A DNA stretch of 64,000 nt from Usitatibacteraceae bacterium. GTDB lineage: Bacteria > Pseudomonadota > Gammaproteobacteria > Burkholderiales > Usitatibacteraceae. Below the pieces are notes generated by a model. The model made no database searches. It was given only the letters and a program-made list of their open reading frames with translations, and was not told the DNA's origin. The stretch spans positions 1,126 through 65,125 of the forward strand of contig JBGARD010000007.1 in the NCBI GenBank assembly GCA_044230355.1, read 5' to 3'. A program made the translations under genes and the position numbers. Positions 30,845-39,865 of the stretch are shown piece by piece (position 1 is the first letter of the stretch; the number at the start of each line of letters is the position of its first letter).

Positions 30845-31556
30845 AGCGCTCGGGATTGAGCCTCGTCATCTGGCCCTCGATCCACTCCTCGAGCTCGCGG
30901 GTGACCGAGAGGGGGTCGCGCCCCTTGGTCTCGATGACCGGCCCGATCACCACCTGCACCGTGCCCGCGTGCTTGCGGAAGGCGTACCGCCCCCAGAACT
31001 CGCCCGCGTTGTGCGCGACGGGCATGATGGGCGTGCCGGTGCGGGTGGCGAGCGTCGCGCCGCCGATGCCGTAGCGGCCACGCTTGCCCACCGGGACTCG
31101 CGTGCCTTCGGGGAAGATCGTCACCCAGAGCCCGTCCGCGATCCGCTGCATCCCCTGCTGCACGATCTGCTCGCGGGCGGCCACGCCGCTCCTGCGGTCG
31201 ATGGCGATCGAGCGCACCGCGGCAAGCCCCCAGCCGACGAACGGCAGCCACAGGAGCTCCCTCTTGATGATCCAGCACTGGTACGGGAACGTCGCCTCGA
31301 TGAAGAGCGTCTCCCAGGCCGACTGGTGCTTGGCCATGATGACCGCCGGCGTCTTCGGCACGTTCTCCCACCCGTGCACCTCGTAGCGGATGCCGCAGGA
31401 CCACTCGCACCACTTGACCATCCACCGGGCCCACTCCCGCGCCATCCACAGGGCGGCGCGCTTGCCGAAGAGGCCGCTGATCGGCACCCCGATCCCGAAC
31501 ACCGCCGTGATCGGAACGGCGCCTGCCAGGAACAGGAGCGAGCGCAGGAAGGTCAT
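30831..31556 (-). CDS. plsC: 1-acyl-sn-glycerol-3-phosphate acyltransferase
   Basis: 241 aa from MTFLRSLLFLAG. Contains the acyltransferase motifs AKHQSAWET (HX4D-type block) and FPEGTR. Confidence 0.85.
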   Translation of the reverse strand: MTFLRSLLFLAGAVPITAVFGIGVPISGLFGKRAALWMAREWARWMVKWCEWSCGIRYEVHGWENVPKTPAVIMAKHQSAWETLFIEATFPYQCWIIKRELLWLPFVGWGLAAVRSIAIDRRSGVAAREQIVQQGMQRIADGLWVTIFPEGTRVPVGKRGRYGIGGATLATRTGTPIMPVAHNAGEFWGRYAFRKHAGTVQVVIGPVIETKGRDPLSVTRELEEWIEGQMTRLNPERYAGS

Positions 31557-32095
31557 TCTTTCGCCGCCACGAGGTGGCGCGAGACTTCCGCGAGGTCCGC
31601 GAAGACGAGCGTCTTGCGCGGCAGGTTGCCGATCTCGTTGGTCTTCTTTCCCTTGCCGGTGAGGACGAGGATCGGCTGCGCGCCCACCGCGTCGGCGGCC
31701 TGCAGGTCGCGCATCGCGTCGCCGACGCAGGGCACGCCCTTCAGGTCCACGTGGTAGCGCGCCGCGATCTCCTCGAACATGCCGGTCCTGGGCTTGCGGC
31801 AGCCGCAGTTCTCCGTGTCGGTGTGCGGGCAGAAGAACAGCGCGTCTATTCGCCCTCCCTGGCGGAAGACCATCTCCATCATCTTGTCGTTCATGGCGTT
31901 GAACGTGGCCATGTCGAAGAGCCCGCGGCCGATGCCGGACTGGTTGGTCGCCACGACGATGCGAAAGCCCCCCTGGTGCATGCGCGCGATGGCCTCGATG
32001 GCCCCCGGGATCGGCTGCCACTCGGCCGGCGACTTGATGTACTTGTCGCTGTCCTGGTTGATGACGCCGTCGCGGTCGAGGATGACGAGCTTCAT
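31553..32095 (-). CDS. gmhB: D-glycero-beta-D-manno-heptose-1,7-bisphosphate 7-phosphatase
   Basis: 180 aa with ILDRDGVIN, TNQSGIGRG, CPH....C.CRKP, and GD...D. Confidence 0.9.
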   Translation of the reverse strand: MKLVILDRDGVINQDSDKYIKSPAEWQPIPGAIEAIARMHQGGFRIVVATNQSGIGRGLFDMATFNAMNDKMMEMVFRQGGRIDALFFCPHTDTENCGCRKPRTGMFEEIAARYHVDLKGVPCVGDAMRDLQAADAVGAQPILVLTGKGKKTNEIGNLPRKTLVFADLAEVSRHLVAAKE

Positions 32096-32098
32096 GGG

Positions 32099-34192
32099 CT
32101 AGGCCGCGAGCCTCGAGATGTCGGCGACGCGGTTCAGCAGCCGCTCGAGGCCGGTGAGGAGCGCCAGGCGGTTGCCGCGCACCGCGAGATCCTCGGCGTT
32201 GACCAGCACCTTGTCGAAGAAGGCGTCGACCTCGCCGCGCACGCCTGCGAGCGCGAGCAGCGCCGGCTCGAACCCGGCGCGCGCGAGCGCCCCGTCGACC
32301 ACCGGGGCCAGCGCGGCGATGGCGGCGTGCAGGCGCCGCTCCTCGTCCTGCGAGAAGAGCGCGGGATCGACCTCGCCCGAGCGGCCGGACTTGTCGAGGA
32401 TGTTCTTGACCCGCTTGTTCGCGGCCGCGAGCGCCTCGGATTCCGGGAGCTTCGCGAACGCGGCCACCGCCTCGAGCCGCGCGCGGACCTCGTCGAAGCG
32501 CGCGGGGCGCTGCGACACCACGGCCTCGACCTGGTTGGTCGTGAAGCCCTGCTCGCGCAGGTAGCCCCGCAGCCGGTCGTAGACGAAATCCTCGACCTGG
32601 GCGTGCGGGGACTGCGCGAAGGGCTCGCAGGCGAGGCGCACGAGGTCGTGGAAATCGAGGTCCAGGCCGCGCTCGGCGAGGATCCGGATCACGCCGAGGG
32701 CGGCGCGGCGCAGCCCGAACGGGTCCTTGTCGCCCGTGGGCACCTGGCCGATGGAAAAGAGCCCGGCGAGCGAGTCCAGCCGGTCGGCGAGCGCCACCGC
32801 GATGCTCACGTCCCCGTCGGGAAGGTGGTCCCCGGCGAAGCGCGGCCAGTAGTGCTGCTCGATGGCGCGCACCACGCTCGGCTCCTCGTCGTCGGCGGCC
32901 GCGTAGTACTTGCCCATGATGCCCTGCAGCTCGGGGAACTCCCCCACCATCAGGGTGACGAGGTCGGCCTTGGCGAGGAGCGCCGCGCGGTCGGCGTAGG
33001 GCATTCCCTTGGCGCCGCGGGGCAGCTTCATCTGGATGCGCGTGGCGAGCTTGCGCAGGCGCTCGACGCGCTCGAGCTGCGAGCCGAGCTTGCCGTGGTA
33101 GACGATAGTCGCGAGCTGCGGCACGCGGTCCGCGAGCTTCGTCCTGCGGTCGGTGTCGAAGAAGAAGCGGGCGTCCGCCAGGCGCGGGCGCACGACGCGC
33201 TCGTTGCCCTGCACGATCCGCGACGGGTCCGCGGGGCGCAGGTTGGAGACGAGGAGGAAGCGTTCCGCGAGCCGGCCCTCGGCGTCGAAGAGCGGGAAGT
33301 ACTTCTGGTTCTGCCGCATCGTGAGGATGAGGCACTCCTGCGGCACCTCGAGGAACTCGCGCTCGAAGCGCCCGGCGTACACCGTGGGCATCTCCACGAG
33401 CGCCGTCACCTCGTCGAGGAGCGCGTCGTAGTCGGCCTCGGGGCCGAGCGTGGCCCCCTCGCGGGCCGCGGCCTCCTTCAGGCCGGCGAGGATCGCGGCG
33501 CGCCGCTCGGCGAAGCCGGCGATCACGCCGCCCTCGGCCGCCAGCCGCGCGGCGTATTCCCCGGCGTCGGCGAGAGCGATGTCGCGCGCGCCCTGGAAGC
33601 GGTGGCCGTGGGTGAGGCGGCCCGCGGCGAGGCCCAGCACCGAGATCGCGACCACGTCGCGCCCGTGCAGCGCCACCAGTGCGTGCGCGGGCCGCACGAA
33701 CTGGACCGTCGTCGCCCCGTCGGCGAGCTGGTAGCTCATCACCTTCGGGATGGGCAGGCCGGCTATGGCTTCGTCGAGGGCCGCCTGCAGCCCCTGCGCA
33801 AGCGGCATCGAGGGCGCGAGCGTGTCGGCGAAGAGCGTCTCGGCCTTGCCGTCGACCCGCCGCTTCAGGCTTGCCGCGTCGATCGCCTCCAGCCCGCAGG
33901 CCGCCAGCTTCTTCAGGAGCGCGGGCGTGGGCTTGCCGTCCGGGCCGATCCCCACGGCCACGGGCATGAGCTTGACCTCCAGGGGCTTCGGCTCGGTCGC
34001 CGCGCGCACCTGGGTGATGCTCACCGCGAGGCGGCGCGGCGTGGCGTACCCGGTCCGCTCGGCGCCGCCCTCGAGGAAGCCGCGCTTGCGCAGCCCGCCC
34101 TCGACGCCGGCCGCGAAGGCCTCCCCGAGCCGGCCGAGGGCCTTCGGGGGCAGCTCCTCGGTGAAGAGCTCCAGGAGCAGGGTCGCCGTCAT
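32099..34192 (-). CDS. glyS: glycyl-tRNA synthetase beta subunit
   Basis: 697 aa from [23 protein letters not shown] overlap with the glyQ stop. Confidence 0.95.
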   Translation of the reverse strand: MTATLLLELFTEELPPKALGRLGEAFAAGVEGGLRKRGFLEGGAERTGYATPRRLAVSITQVRAATEPKPLEVKLMPVAVGIGPDGKPTPALLKKLAACGLEAIDAASLKRRVDGKAETLFADTLAPSMPLAQGLQAALDEAIAGLPIPKVMSYQLADGATTVQFVRPAHALVALHGRDVVAISVLGLAAGRLTHGHRFQGARDIALADAGEYAARLAAEGGVIAGFAERRAAILAGLKEAAAREGATLGPEADYDALLDEVTALVEMPTVYAGRFEREFLEVPQECLILTMRQNQKYFPLFDAEGRLAERFLLVSNLRPADPSRIVQGNERVVRPRLADARFFFDTDRRTKLADRVPQLATIVYHGKLGSQLERVERLRKLATRIQMKLPRGAKGMPYADRAALLAKADLVTLMVGEFPELQGIMGKYYAAADDEEPSVVRAIEQHYWPRFAGDHLPDGDVSIAVALADRLDSLAGLFSIGQVPTGDKDPFGLRRAALGVIRILAERGLDLDFHDLVRLACEPFAQSPHAQVEDFVYDRLRGYLREQGFTTNQVEAVVSQRPARFDEVRARLEAVAAFAKLPESEALAAANKRVKNILDKSGRSGEVDPALFSQDEERRLHAAIAALAPVVDGALARAGFEPALLALAGVRGEVDAFFDKVLVNAEDLAVRGNRLALLTGLERLLNRVADISRLAA

Positions 34193-35094
34193 CGCGCGGC
34201 CTCCTGCAGCATCGGGAAGCCCAGCCGCTCGCGCGACTCGAAGTAGCTCTGCGCGACGCTCCTGGCGAGGTTGCGGATGCGCCCGATGTAGGCGGCGCGC
34301 TCGGTGACGGAAATGGCGCCGCGCGCGTCCAGGAGGTTGAACGTGTGCGCCGCCTTCAGGATCTGCTCGTAGGCCGGCAGGGCGAGTTGCCGGGCCATCA
34401 GGTGCTTGGCGCCCTTCTCGTGGTCCGCGAAGTGCCGGAAGAGGGCCTCGGTGTCGGATTCCTCGAAGTTGTACGTCGACTGCTCCACCTCGTTCTGGTG
34501 GTACACGTCGCGGTAGGTGAGGCGCCGCTTGCGGCCGCCCTCGTCGCGCTCGGTCCACACGAGGTCGAAGACGTTCTCCACCCCCTGCAGGTACATCGCC
34601 AGGCGCTCCAGGCCGTAGGTGATCTCGCCGGTGATCGGCTTGCAGTCCAGGCCACCGACCTGCTGGAAGTAGGTGAACTGCGTGATCTCCATGCCGTTCA
34701 TCCACACTTCCCAGCCCAGGCCCCAGGCGCCCAGCGTGGGGTTCTCCCAGTCGTCCTCGACGAAGCGCACGTCGTTCGCCTGCAGGTCGAAGCCCAGCGC
34801 CTCGAGCGAGCCGAGGTAGAGCTCCAGGATGTCCGGCGGCGAGGGCTTGAGCACCACCTGGAACTGGTAGTAGTGCTGCAGCCGGTTGGGGTTGTCGCCG
34901 TAGCGGCCGTCCTTGGGCCGGCGGGAAGGCTGGACGTAGGCCGCGCGCCAGGGCTCCGGCCCCAGGGAGCGCAGGAAGGTCGCGGTGTGCGAGGTCCCGG
35001 CGCCCACTTCCATGTCGTAGGGCTGGAGGACCGCGCAGCCGCGGCTGCCCCAGTAGGACTGGAGGCGCAGGACGACTTCCTGGAACGTGATCAT
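34189..35094 (-). CDS. glyQ: glycyl-tRNA synthetase alpha subunit
   Basis: 301 aa with [15 protein letters not shown]...[16 protein letters not shown]. Confidence 0.97.
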   Translation of the reverse strand: MITFQEVVLRLQSYWGSRGCAVLQPYDMEVGAGTSHTATFLRSLGPEPWRAAYVQPSRRPKDGRYGDNPNRLQHYYQFQVVLKPSPPDILELYLGSLEALGFDLQANDVRFVEDDWENPTLGAWGLGWEVWMNGMEITQFTYFQQVGGLDCKPITGEITYGLERLAMYLQGVENVFDLVWTERDEGGRKRRLTYRDVYHQNEVEQSTYNFEESDTEALFRHFADHEKGAKHLMARQLALPAYEQILKAAHTFNLLDARGAISVTERAAYIGRIRNLARSVAQSYFESRERLGFPMLQEAAR

Positions 35095-35164
35095 CGCGTC
35101 GGGGGCATGCGGGCCGGAAAGCCTGTCATTTTACGGGCTTGCGGGAAGCGGCGTAAGGTTCCCC

Positions 35165-35173
35165 TGCTAGAAT
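35165..35173 (+). promoter_or_regulatory. extended -10 box TGCTAGAAT, 7 nt upstream of the methyltransferase ATG
   Basis: tgctagaat at 35165-35173, with the ATG at 35181. There is no SD in the 7-nt gap cgcctcg. Confidence 0.4.
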
Positions 35174-35180
35174 CGCCTCG

Positions 35181-35978
35181 ATGACCGGCCCATTCGAGAA
35201 CAACCCGGCGTTCGATCCGAAGCTCCCGGCGTGGCAGTTCTGCCTGGGACCCAAGCCCGCGGAGATGGCTGCCTATTTCGAGGGCTTCAACGGGGTGCTT
35301 CCCGCGATCCTGCGCCGCCCGCCACGTCGCGTTCTCGAGCTGGGATGCGCCGCAGGGCGACTCGGCGCCTTCGTCCGCGAGAAGTTCCCCGGCGTCCATT
35401 ACACCGGCATAGAGGCAAGCCCCGAGGCCGCGAAGATCGCGCGGACCCGGCTCGACCGCGTGATCGAGGCGCGCATCGAGGACATCGACTTCGCGGCGCA
35501 GGCAATCGCGCCGGGCACGATCGACACGTTCTTCGCCGGCGACGTGCTCGAGCACCTGTACGACCCCTGGCGGGCGCTGTTGGCCGTCCGGCCCCTCCTC
35601 ACCGGCGACGCCCAGGTCGCGATCAGCCTTCCCAACGTCCGCAACCTCTTCATCCAGTCCCAGCTCAACAACGAGGGCACCTGGAAGTACGACACCCACG
35701 GCCTGCTGGACGTGACGCACATCCGGTTCTTCGCCAAGCGCGACATCCTGCGCATGCTCCGGGAAACGGGATTCGCCACGGACGAGATGCGCTGCCACCT
35801 CGACCCGCGCTTCGCCGAGCTCTACCGCGCCAACCACGGCAAGGCGGACATCACGCTTCAGGCCGGCCGCCTGAAGCTCGAGAAGATCTCCCCCGACGAG
35901 CTCCAGGAATACTGCACGCTCCAGTTCATCGTCCTGGCCCACCCGTCGCCGGCCCCGGACGGGTCGCGCGCCGCCTGA
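35181..35978 (+). CDS. class I SAM-dependent methyltransferase, substrate unknown
   Basis: 265 aa with the SAM motif I VLELGCAAGRLG, then DVLEHLYDP and GLLDVTHIRFF. The 3' end overlaps the lnt 3' end by 53 nt. Confidence 0.8.
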   Translation: MTGPFENNPAFDPKLPAWQFCLGPKPAEMAAYFEGFNGVLPAILRRPPRRVLELGCAAGRLGAFVREKFPGVHYTGIEASPEAAKIARTRLDRVIEARIEDIDFAAQAIAPGTIDTFFAGDVLEHLYDPWRALLAVRPLLTGDAQVAISLPNVRNLFIQSQLNNEGTWKYDTHGLLDVTHIRFFAKRDILRMLRETGFATDEMRCHLDPRFAELYRANHGKADITLQAGRLKLEKISPDELQEYCTLQFIVLAHPSPAPDGSRAA

Positions 35979-37488
35979 ACGCGGCGTAGGCGAGCGCAAC
36001 GACCACCAGGGCCAGCGCGGCGCGGTTGCCGACCGTGACGAAGGGCGTCGCTCCGGCATGGGGCACCGGCCGCGCCGCGAGCTCCCCGTGGGTGAACTGC
36101 GCGAGCCTCGCCACGACTCGCCCCTTCTCGTCGATGGCCGCGGTCACCCCGGTGTTGGTGGCGCGCACCATCCACCGCCCCGTCTCGAGGGCGCGCATCT
36201 GCGAGAACTGCAGGTGCTGGTCCGCGGCCAGGGACTCGCCGAACCAGGCGTCGTTGCTCACGTTGAGGAGCATGCCCGCCTGCGGCAGCGAGGCGATGAG
36301 CTCCTCGCCGAAGATGTCCTCGTAGCAGATCGCCACGGCCCAGGTCGTCCCGCCGGCCGCCATCGGCGGCTGGCCCGGCTCGCCGCGCGCGAAGTCGGTG
36401 AGCGGGATCCGGAGCACCGAGAGCACCCAGCCGAATCCCGGCGGGATGAATTCCCCGAAGGGCACGAGGTGGCGCTTGCGGTAGGACTGCGTCTCGCCCG
36501 CGCCGATGCGCACGACGCTGTTCCAGTACGAGTAGCCCTCGCCCGCCCGGTCCCGCTCGACGGTGCCCAGCAGGATGTCCTTGCCAGCCGCCCGCGCGTG
36601 CTCGCGCAGCGACTCGAGGTAGCCCGGCGGCAGCTGGTCGAGGAAGGCGGGCAGCGCCGTCTCCGGCAGCACGACAACCCGCGCGGGGCTCCTCACGGCC
36701 TGCGCGTGGTAGTCGCGGAAGGTCCGGGCGCGCACGTCGTCGCGCCACTTGAGGTGCTGCGGCACGTTGCCCTGCAGGAGCGCCACGGACAGGGACTCCC
36801 CGGAAGGCGAGGTCCACGCGACCAGCCGCAGCAGCGCGCCGGAGGCGAGCACGCCGGCAAAGGCGATGGCGAGCACCGCGCGCCTGCGCGACCAGGCCGG
36901 GCTCGCCGCGAACGCGGCCAGGAGCGCGGCCGAGAACGCGGCCGCCAGCGACACGCCGTACGCCCCCAGCACCGGGGCAAATCCGGCGAGCGGGCTCGCG
37001 GGTGCCTGCGAATAGCCGATCGCGAGCCACGGGAACCCGGTGAAGAGCCAGCCGCGCACCCATTCGAGCAGCACGAAGGCCGCGGGCATGGCCGCGAGGA
37101 GCTTGCGCGTCCCGCCGGCAGCGAAGCGGTGCACGGCCCACCCTGCCGCGGCCGGGAAGAGCGCGAGGTAGGCGCAGAAGAGGAAGGTGGCGATCGCGGC
37201 GAGCACGGCCGGCATGTGGCCGAACTCGTGCAGGCTCACGAACACCCACGAAACGCCCGCGAGGTTGAGCGCCAGGCCGAACGCGAACCCGGAGATCGCG
37301 GCCTGCAGCGCCGAGCCGCTGCGCGCCCAGGCGAGGAAGAGCACGGCAAGGGCGGCGATGGGTAGCGGCCAGGCGTAAAAGGGGGCAAACCCCAGCACGG
37401 CCGCGGCGCCGGCGGCGGCGGGCAGGGCAATGCCCCAGGCGAGCAGCGCGGCGTCCCGTCGCGCCGGAGGTGGTCCCGCGACCGTCAC
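35926..37488 (-). CDS. lnt: apolipoprotein N-acyltransferase
   Basis: 520 aa with a polytopic N-terminal domain and a nitrilase-like domain (VVLPETA, ICYE, NDAWFG). GTG start overlaps the corC stop. Confidence 0.92.
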   Translation of the reverse strand: MTVAGPPPARRDAALLAWGIALPAAAGAAAVLGFAPFYAWPLPIAALAVLFLAWARSGSALQAAISGFAFGLALNLAGVSWVFVSLHEFGHMPAVLAAIATFLFCAYLALFPAAAGWAVHRFAAGGTRKLLAAMPAAFVLLEWVRGWLFTGFPWLAIGYSQAPASPLAGFAPVLGAYGVSLAAAFSAALLAAFAASPAWSRRRAVLAIAFAGVLASGALLRLVAWTSPSGESLSVALLQGNVPQHLKWRDDVRARTFRDYHAQAVRSPARVVVLPETALPAFLDQLPPGYLESLREHARAAGKDILLGTVERDRAGEGYSYWNSVVRIGAGETQSYRKRHLVPFGEFIPPGFGWVLSVLRIPLTDFARGEPGQPPMAAGGTTWAVAICYEDIFGEELIASLPQAGMLLNVSNDAWFGESLAADQHLQFSQMRALETGRWMVRATNTGVTAAIDEKGRVVARLAQFTHGELAARPVPHAGATPFVTVGNRAALALVVVALAYAAFRRRATRPGPATGGPGR

Positions 37489-38333
37489 CCGCCTTCCCCG
37501 GGCGCTTCCTCCGGGGCGGCTCGCCGCTCGACGAGCAGCGAGTGGAGCATCCGGCTGTCGGAGCGCAGCACCTGGAAAGCGATGCCGTCGACCATCACCG
37601 ACTCGCCGCGCTTGGGCAGGCGCCCGAACTGGGCGAGGACGAGCCCGCCGACCGTGTCGTGGTCGTCGTCGGGGAAGGAGGTGCCGAAGTGGGCGTTGAA
37701 GTCGGCGATCTCGGTCACCGCCTTCACGCGGAAGCGGCCGTTCTTGTCGGCGAGGATGTTGTCCTCGGTCTCGTCGAAGTCGAACTCGTCCTCGATGTCG
37801 CCCACGATCTGCTCGATCACGTCCTCGATAGTGATGAGCCCGGAGACGCCGCCGTACTCGTCGACCACGATCGCGATGTGGTTGCGGTTGGCCCGGAACT
37901 CCTTGAGCAGGACGTTGAGCCGCTTGGACTCGGGGACGAACACCGCGGGGCGCAGCATCTCGCGGACGTTGAACTCCTCCTCGGCGTAGAAGCGCAGCAG
38001 GTCCTTGGCGAGCAGGATCCCGATCACGTTGTCGCGGTTCTCCTCCCAGACGGGGAAGCGCGAGTGCGCGGTCTCGATCACGTACGGGATGAACGCCTCC
38101 GGGCTCTCCTCCACGTCGATCATGTCCATCTGCGAGCGCGGGATCATGACGTCGGACACGCGCGTCTCGGAGACCTGCAGCACGCCCTCGATCATGGAGA
38201 GCGCGTCGCCGTCCAGGATCCGCCTCTCGAAGGCGGAGTGCAGGAGCTCCACGAGCTGCCCGCGGTCCTCCGGCTCGCGCAGCAAAAGCGAGGACAGGCG
38301 CTCGAGGAGGCTCGGCTTGGGGGGTTCTTCCAT
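37485..38333 (-). CDS. corC: CBS-domain Mg/Co efflux-associated protein CorC/TlyC family
   Basis: 282 aa from MEEPPKPSLLERL. Contains DVMIPRSQM, a CBS pair, VVDEYGG.SGLITIEDV.E.IVG, and a CorC_HlyC C-terminal domain. Confidence 0.9.
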   Translation of the reverse strand: MEEPPKPSLLERLSSLLLREPEDRGQLVELLHSAFERRILDGDALSMIEGVLQVSETRVSDVMIPRSQMDMIDVEESPEAFIPYVIETAHSRFPVWEENRDNVIGILLAKDLLRFYAEEEFNVREMLRPAVFVPESKRLNVLLKEFRANRNHIAIVVDEYGGVSGLITIEDVIEQIVGDIEDEFDFDETEDNILADKNGRFRVKAVTEIADFNAHFGTSFPDDDHDTVGGLVLAQFGRLPKRGESVMVDGIAFQVLRSDSRMLHSLLVERRAAPEEAPGEGG

Positions 38334-38370
38334 TCGGGGCGGTAAGCCGGGTGCGGTTGTCGCGGATACT

Positions 38371-38850
38371 TTAGCAGACCGGCGCGGCTGCCATCGGCGC
38401 GAGGCCGCCCGCGTAAGGGTCGCCGAACCCCAGGAGCGCGAGGATCTCGCGCTCGCGCCGCTCCATGCGGCGGGCTTCGGCGGCATGCTCGTGGTCCATC
38501 CCCTGCAGGTGCAGCAGCCCGTGGACGAGGAGGTGCGCGTGGTGCGCCTCGACCGCCTTGCCCTGCTCCTTCGCCTCGCGCGCGACGACGGGCGCGCAGA
38601 TCACGATGTCGCCGGCGAGGGCGCCGAGCGGATCCCGTCCGTAGACGAACGTGAGCACGTTCGTCGCGTAGTCCTTGCCGCGGAACTCGAGGTTGAGGCG
38701 GCGGCCCTCGGCCTGCGCGACATAGCGCAGCGTCACCACGGCCGGCCCGGCGAGGGCCTGCCTCGCCCAGGCGCGCAGCCTCGCGTCCGAAGGGATGTGC
38801 GCCGCGCGCGATGCGCGCTGGATCGAGAGCACGCTCTTCCCCGGCTTCAC
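38371..38850 (-). CDS. ybeY: rRNA maturation endoribonuclease YbeY
   Basis: 159 aa with the zinc motif HLLVHGLLHLQGMDH. Confidence 0.92.
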   Translation of the reverse strand: MKPGKSVLSIQRASRAAHIPSDARLRAWARQALAGPAVVTLRYVAQAEGRRLNLEFRGKDYATNVLTFVYGRDPLGALAGDIVICAPVVAREAKEQGKAVEAHHAHLLVHGLLHLQGMDHEHAAEARRMERREREILALLGFGDPYAGGLAPMAAAPVC

Positions 38851-39803
38851 TTCTTCTTGGGCGAGCGCCGCTCGTAGGCGTCGACGATCGCCTGCACCAG
38901 CGGGTGGCGCACGACGTCCTCGGACTGGAACGACGTGAAGGCGATGCCGCGCACGTCGGAAAGCACGTTTCGCGCGTCCACCAGCCCCGACGCCTGCCCG
39001 CGCGCAAGGTCGATCTGCGTCACGTCGCCGGTCACCACCGCGCGCGAGCCGAAGCCGATGCGCGTGAGGAACATCTTCATCTGCTCCGGGGTCGTGTTCT
39101 GCGCCTCGTCGAGGATGATGAAGGAGTGGTTGAGCGTTCGCCCCCTCATGAAGGCGAGCGGCGCCACCTCGATCGCCCCGCGATCGAAGAGGCGGTTCAC
39201 CTTGTCGTAGCCCATGAGGTCGTAGAGCGCGTCGTAGAGCGGGCGAAGGTACGGGTCCACCTTTTGCGCGAGGTCGCCGGGCAGGAACCCGAGCTTCTCG
39301 CCCGCCTCCACGGCCGGCCGGGTGAGCATGATGCGCTTCACGGCATCGCGCTCGAAGGCGTCGACGGCAGCGGCCACGGCAAGGTAGGTCTTCCCGGTGC
39401 CAGCCGGCCCCACGCCGAAGGTGATGTCGTGGGTCTGCATCTGCTTGAGGTACTGGGCCTGGCGCGGCGTTCGCGCCGTGAGCTCGGTCTTCCTCGGGAG
39501 CCTGAGCGCCGGCGATGGCGGGGCGCCATCCGCCGGATTGCGCGAGACCTCCACGAGCCCGAGCTGGATGTCCTCCAGGGAAAGCTCGTGCGCCGCGAGG
39601 TCGTAGAACCTGCGCAGCGCGCGCGCGGCGAGCGCCACTTGCGCCGGGTCACCCGAGACGCTGAAGCGCTCCGCCCGGCGCGCGATGGTGACGTCGAGCG
39701 CCGTCTCGATCTGGCGCAGGTTCCCGTCGAGCGCGCCGCAAAGCATCGCGAGCCGCGGGTTGTCGACCGGCTCGAAGGCGAGTTCCTGGGTCTGGCTCTT
39801 CAC
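38847..39803 (-). CDS. ybeZ: PhoH-like ATPase
   Basis: GTG start at 39803. Walker A GPAGTGKTYLAV, then LTRPAVEAGEKLGFLPG, and IILDEAQN. Confidence 0.92.
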   Translation of the reverse strand: MKSQTQELAFEPVDNPRLAMLCGALDGNLRQIETALDVTIARRAERFSVSGDPAQVALAARALRRFYDLAAHELSLEDIQLGLVEVSRNPADGAPPSPALRLPRKTELTARTPRQAQYLKQMQTHDITFGVGPAGTGKTYLAVAAAVDAFERDAVKRIMLTRPAVEAGEKLGFLPGDLAQKVDPYLRPLYDALYDLMGYDKVNRLFDRGAIEVAPLAFMRGRTLNHSFIILDEAQNTTPEQMKMFLTRIGFGSRAVVTGDVTQIDLARGQASGLVDARNVLSDVRGIAFTSFQSEDVVRHPLVQAIVDAYERRSPKKK

Positions 39804-39814
39804 GGGGCGGGAAT

Positions 39815-39846
39815 GAAAAAGGCCTGCCGGTACGACCGGCAGGCCT
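39815..39846 (-). terminator. strong rho-independent terminator downstream of the Zn-metalloprotease gene
   Basis: Minus strand reads aggcctgccgg-tcgta-ccggcaggcct followed by ttttcatt: an 11-bp perfect stem. Confidence 0.8.
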
Positions 39847-39865
39847 ATTGTAGCGGCAGGGGGCG

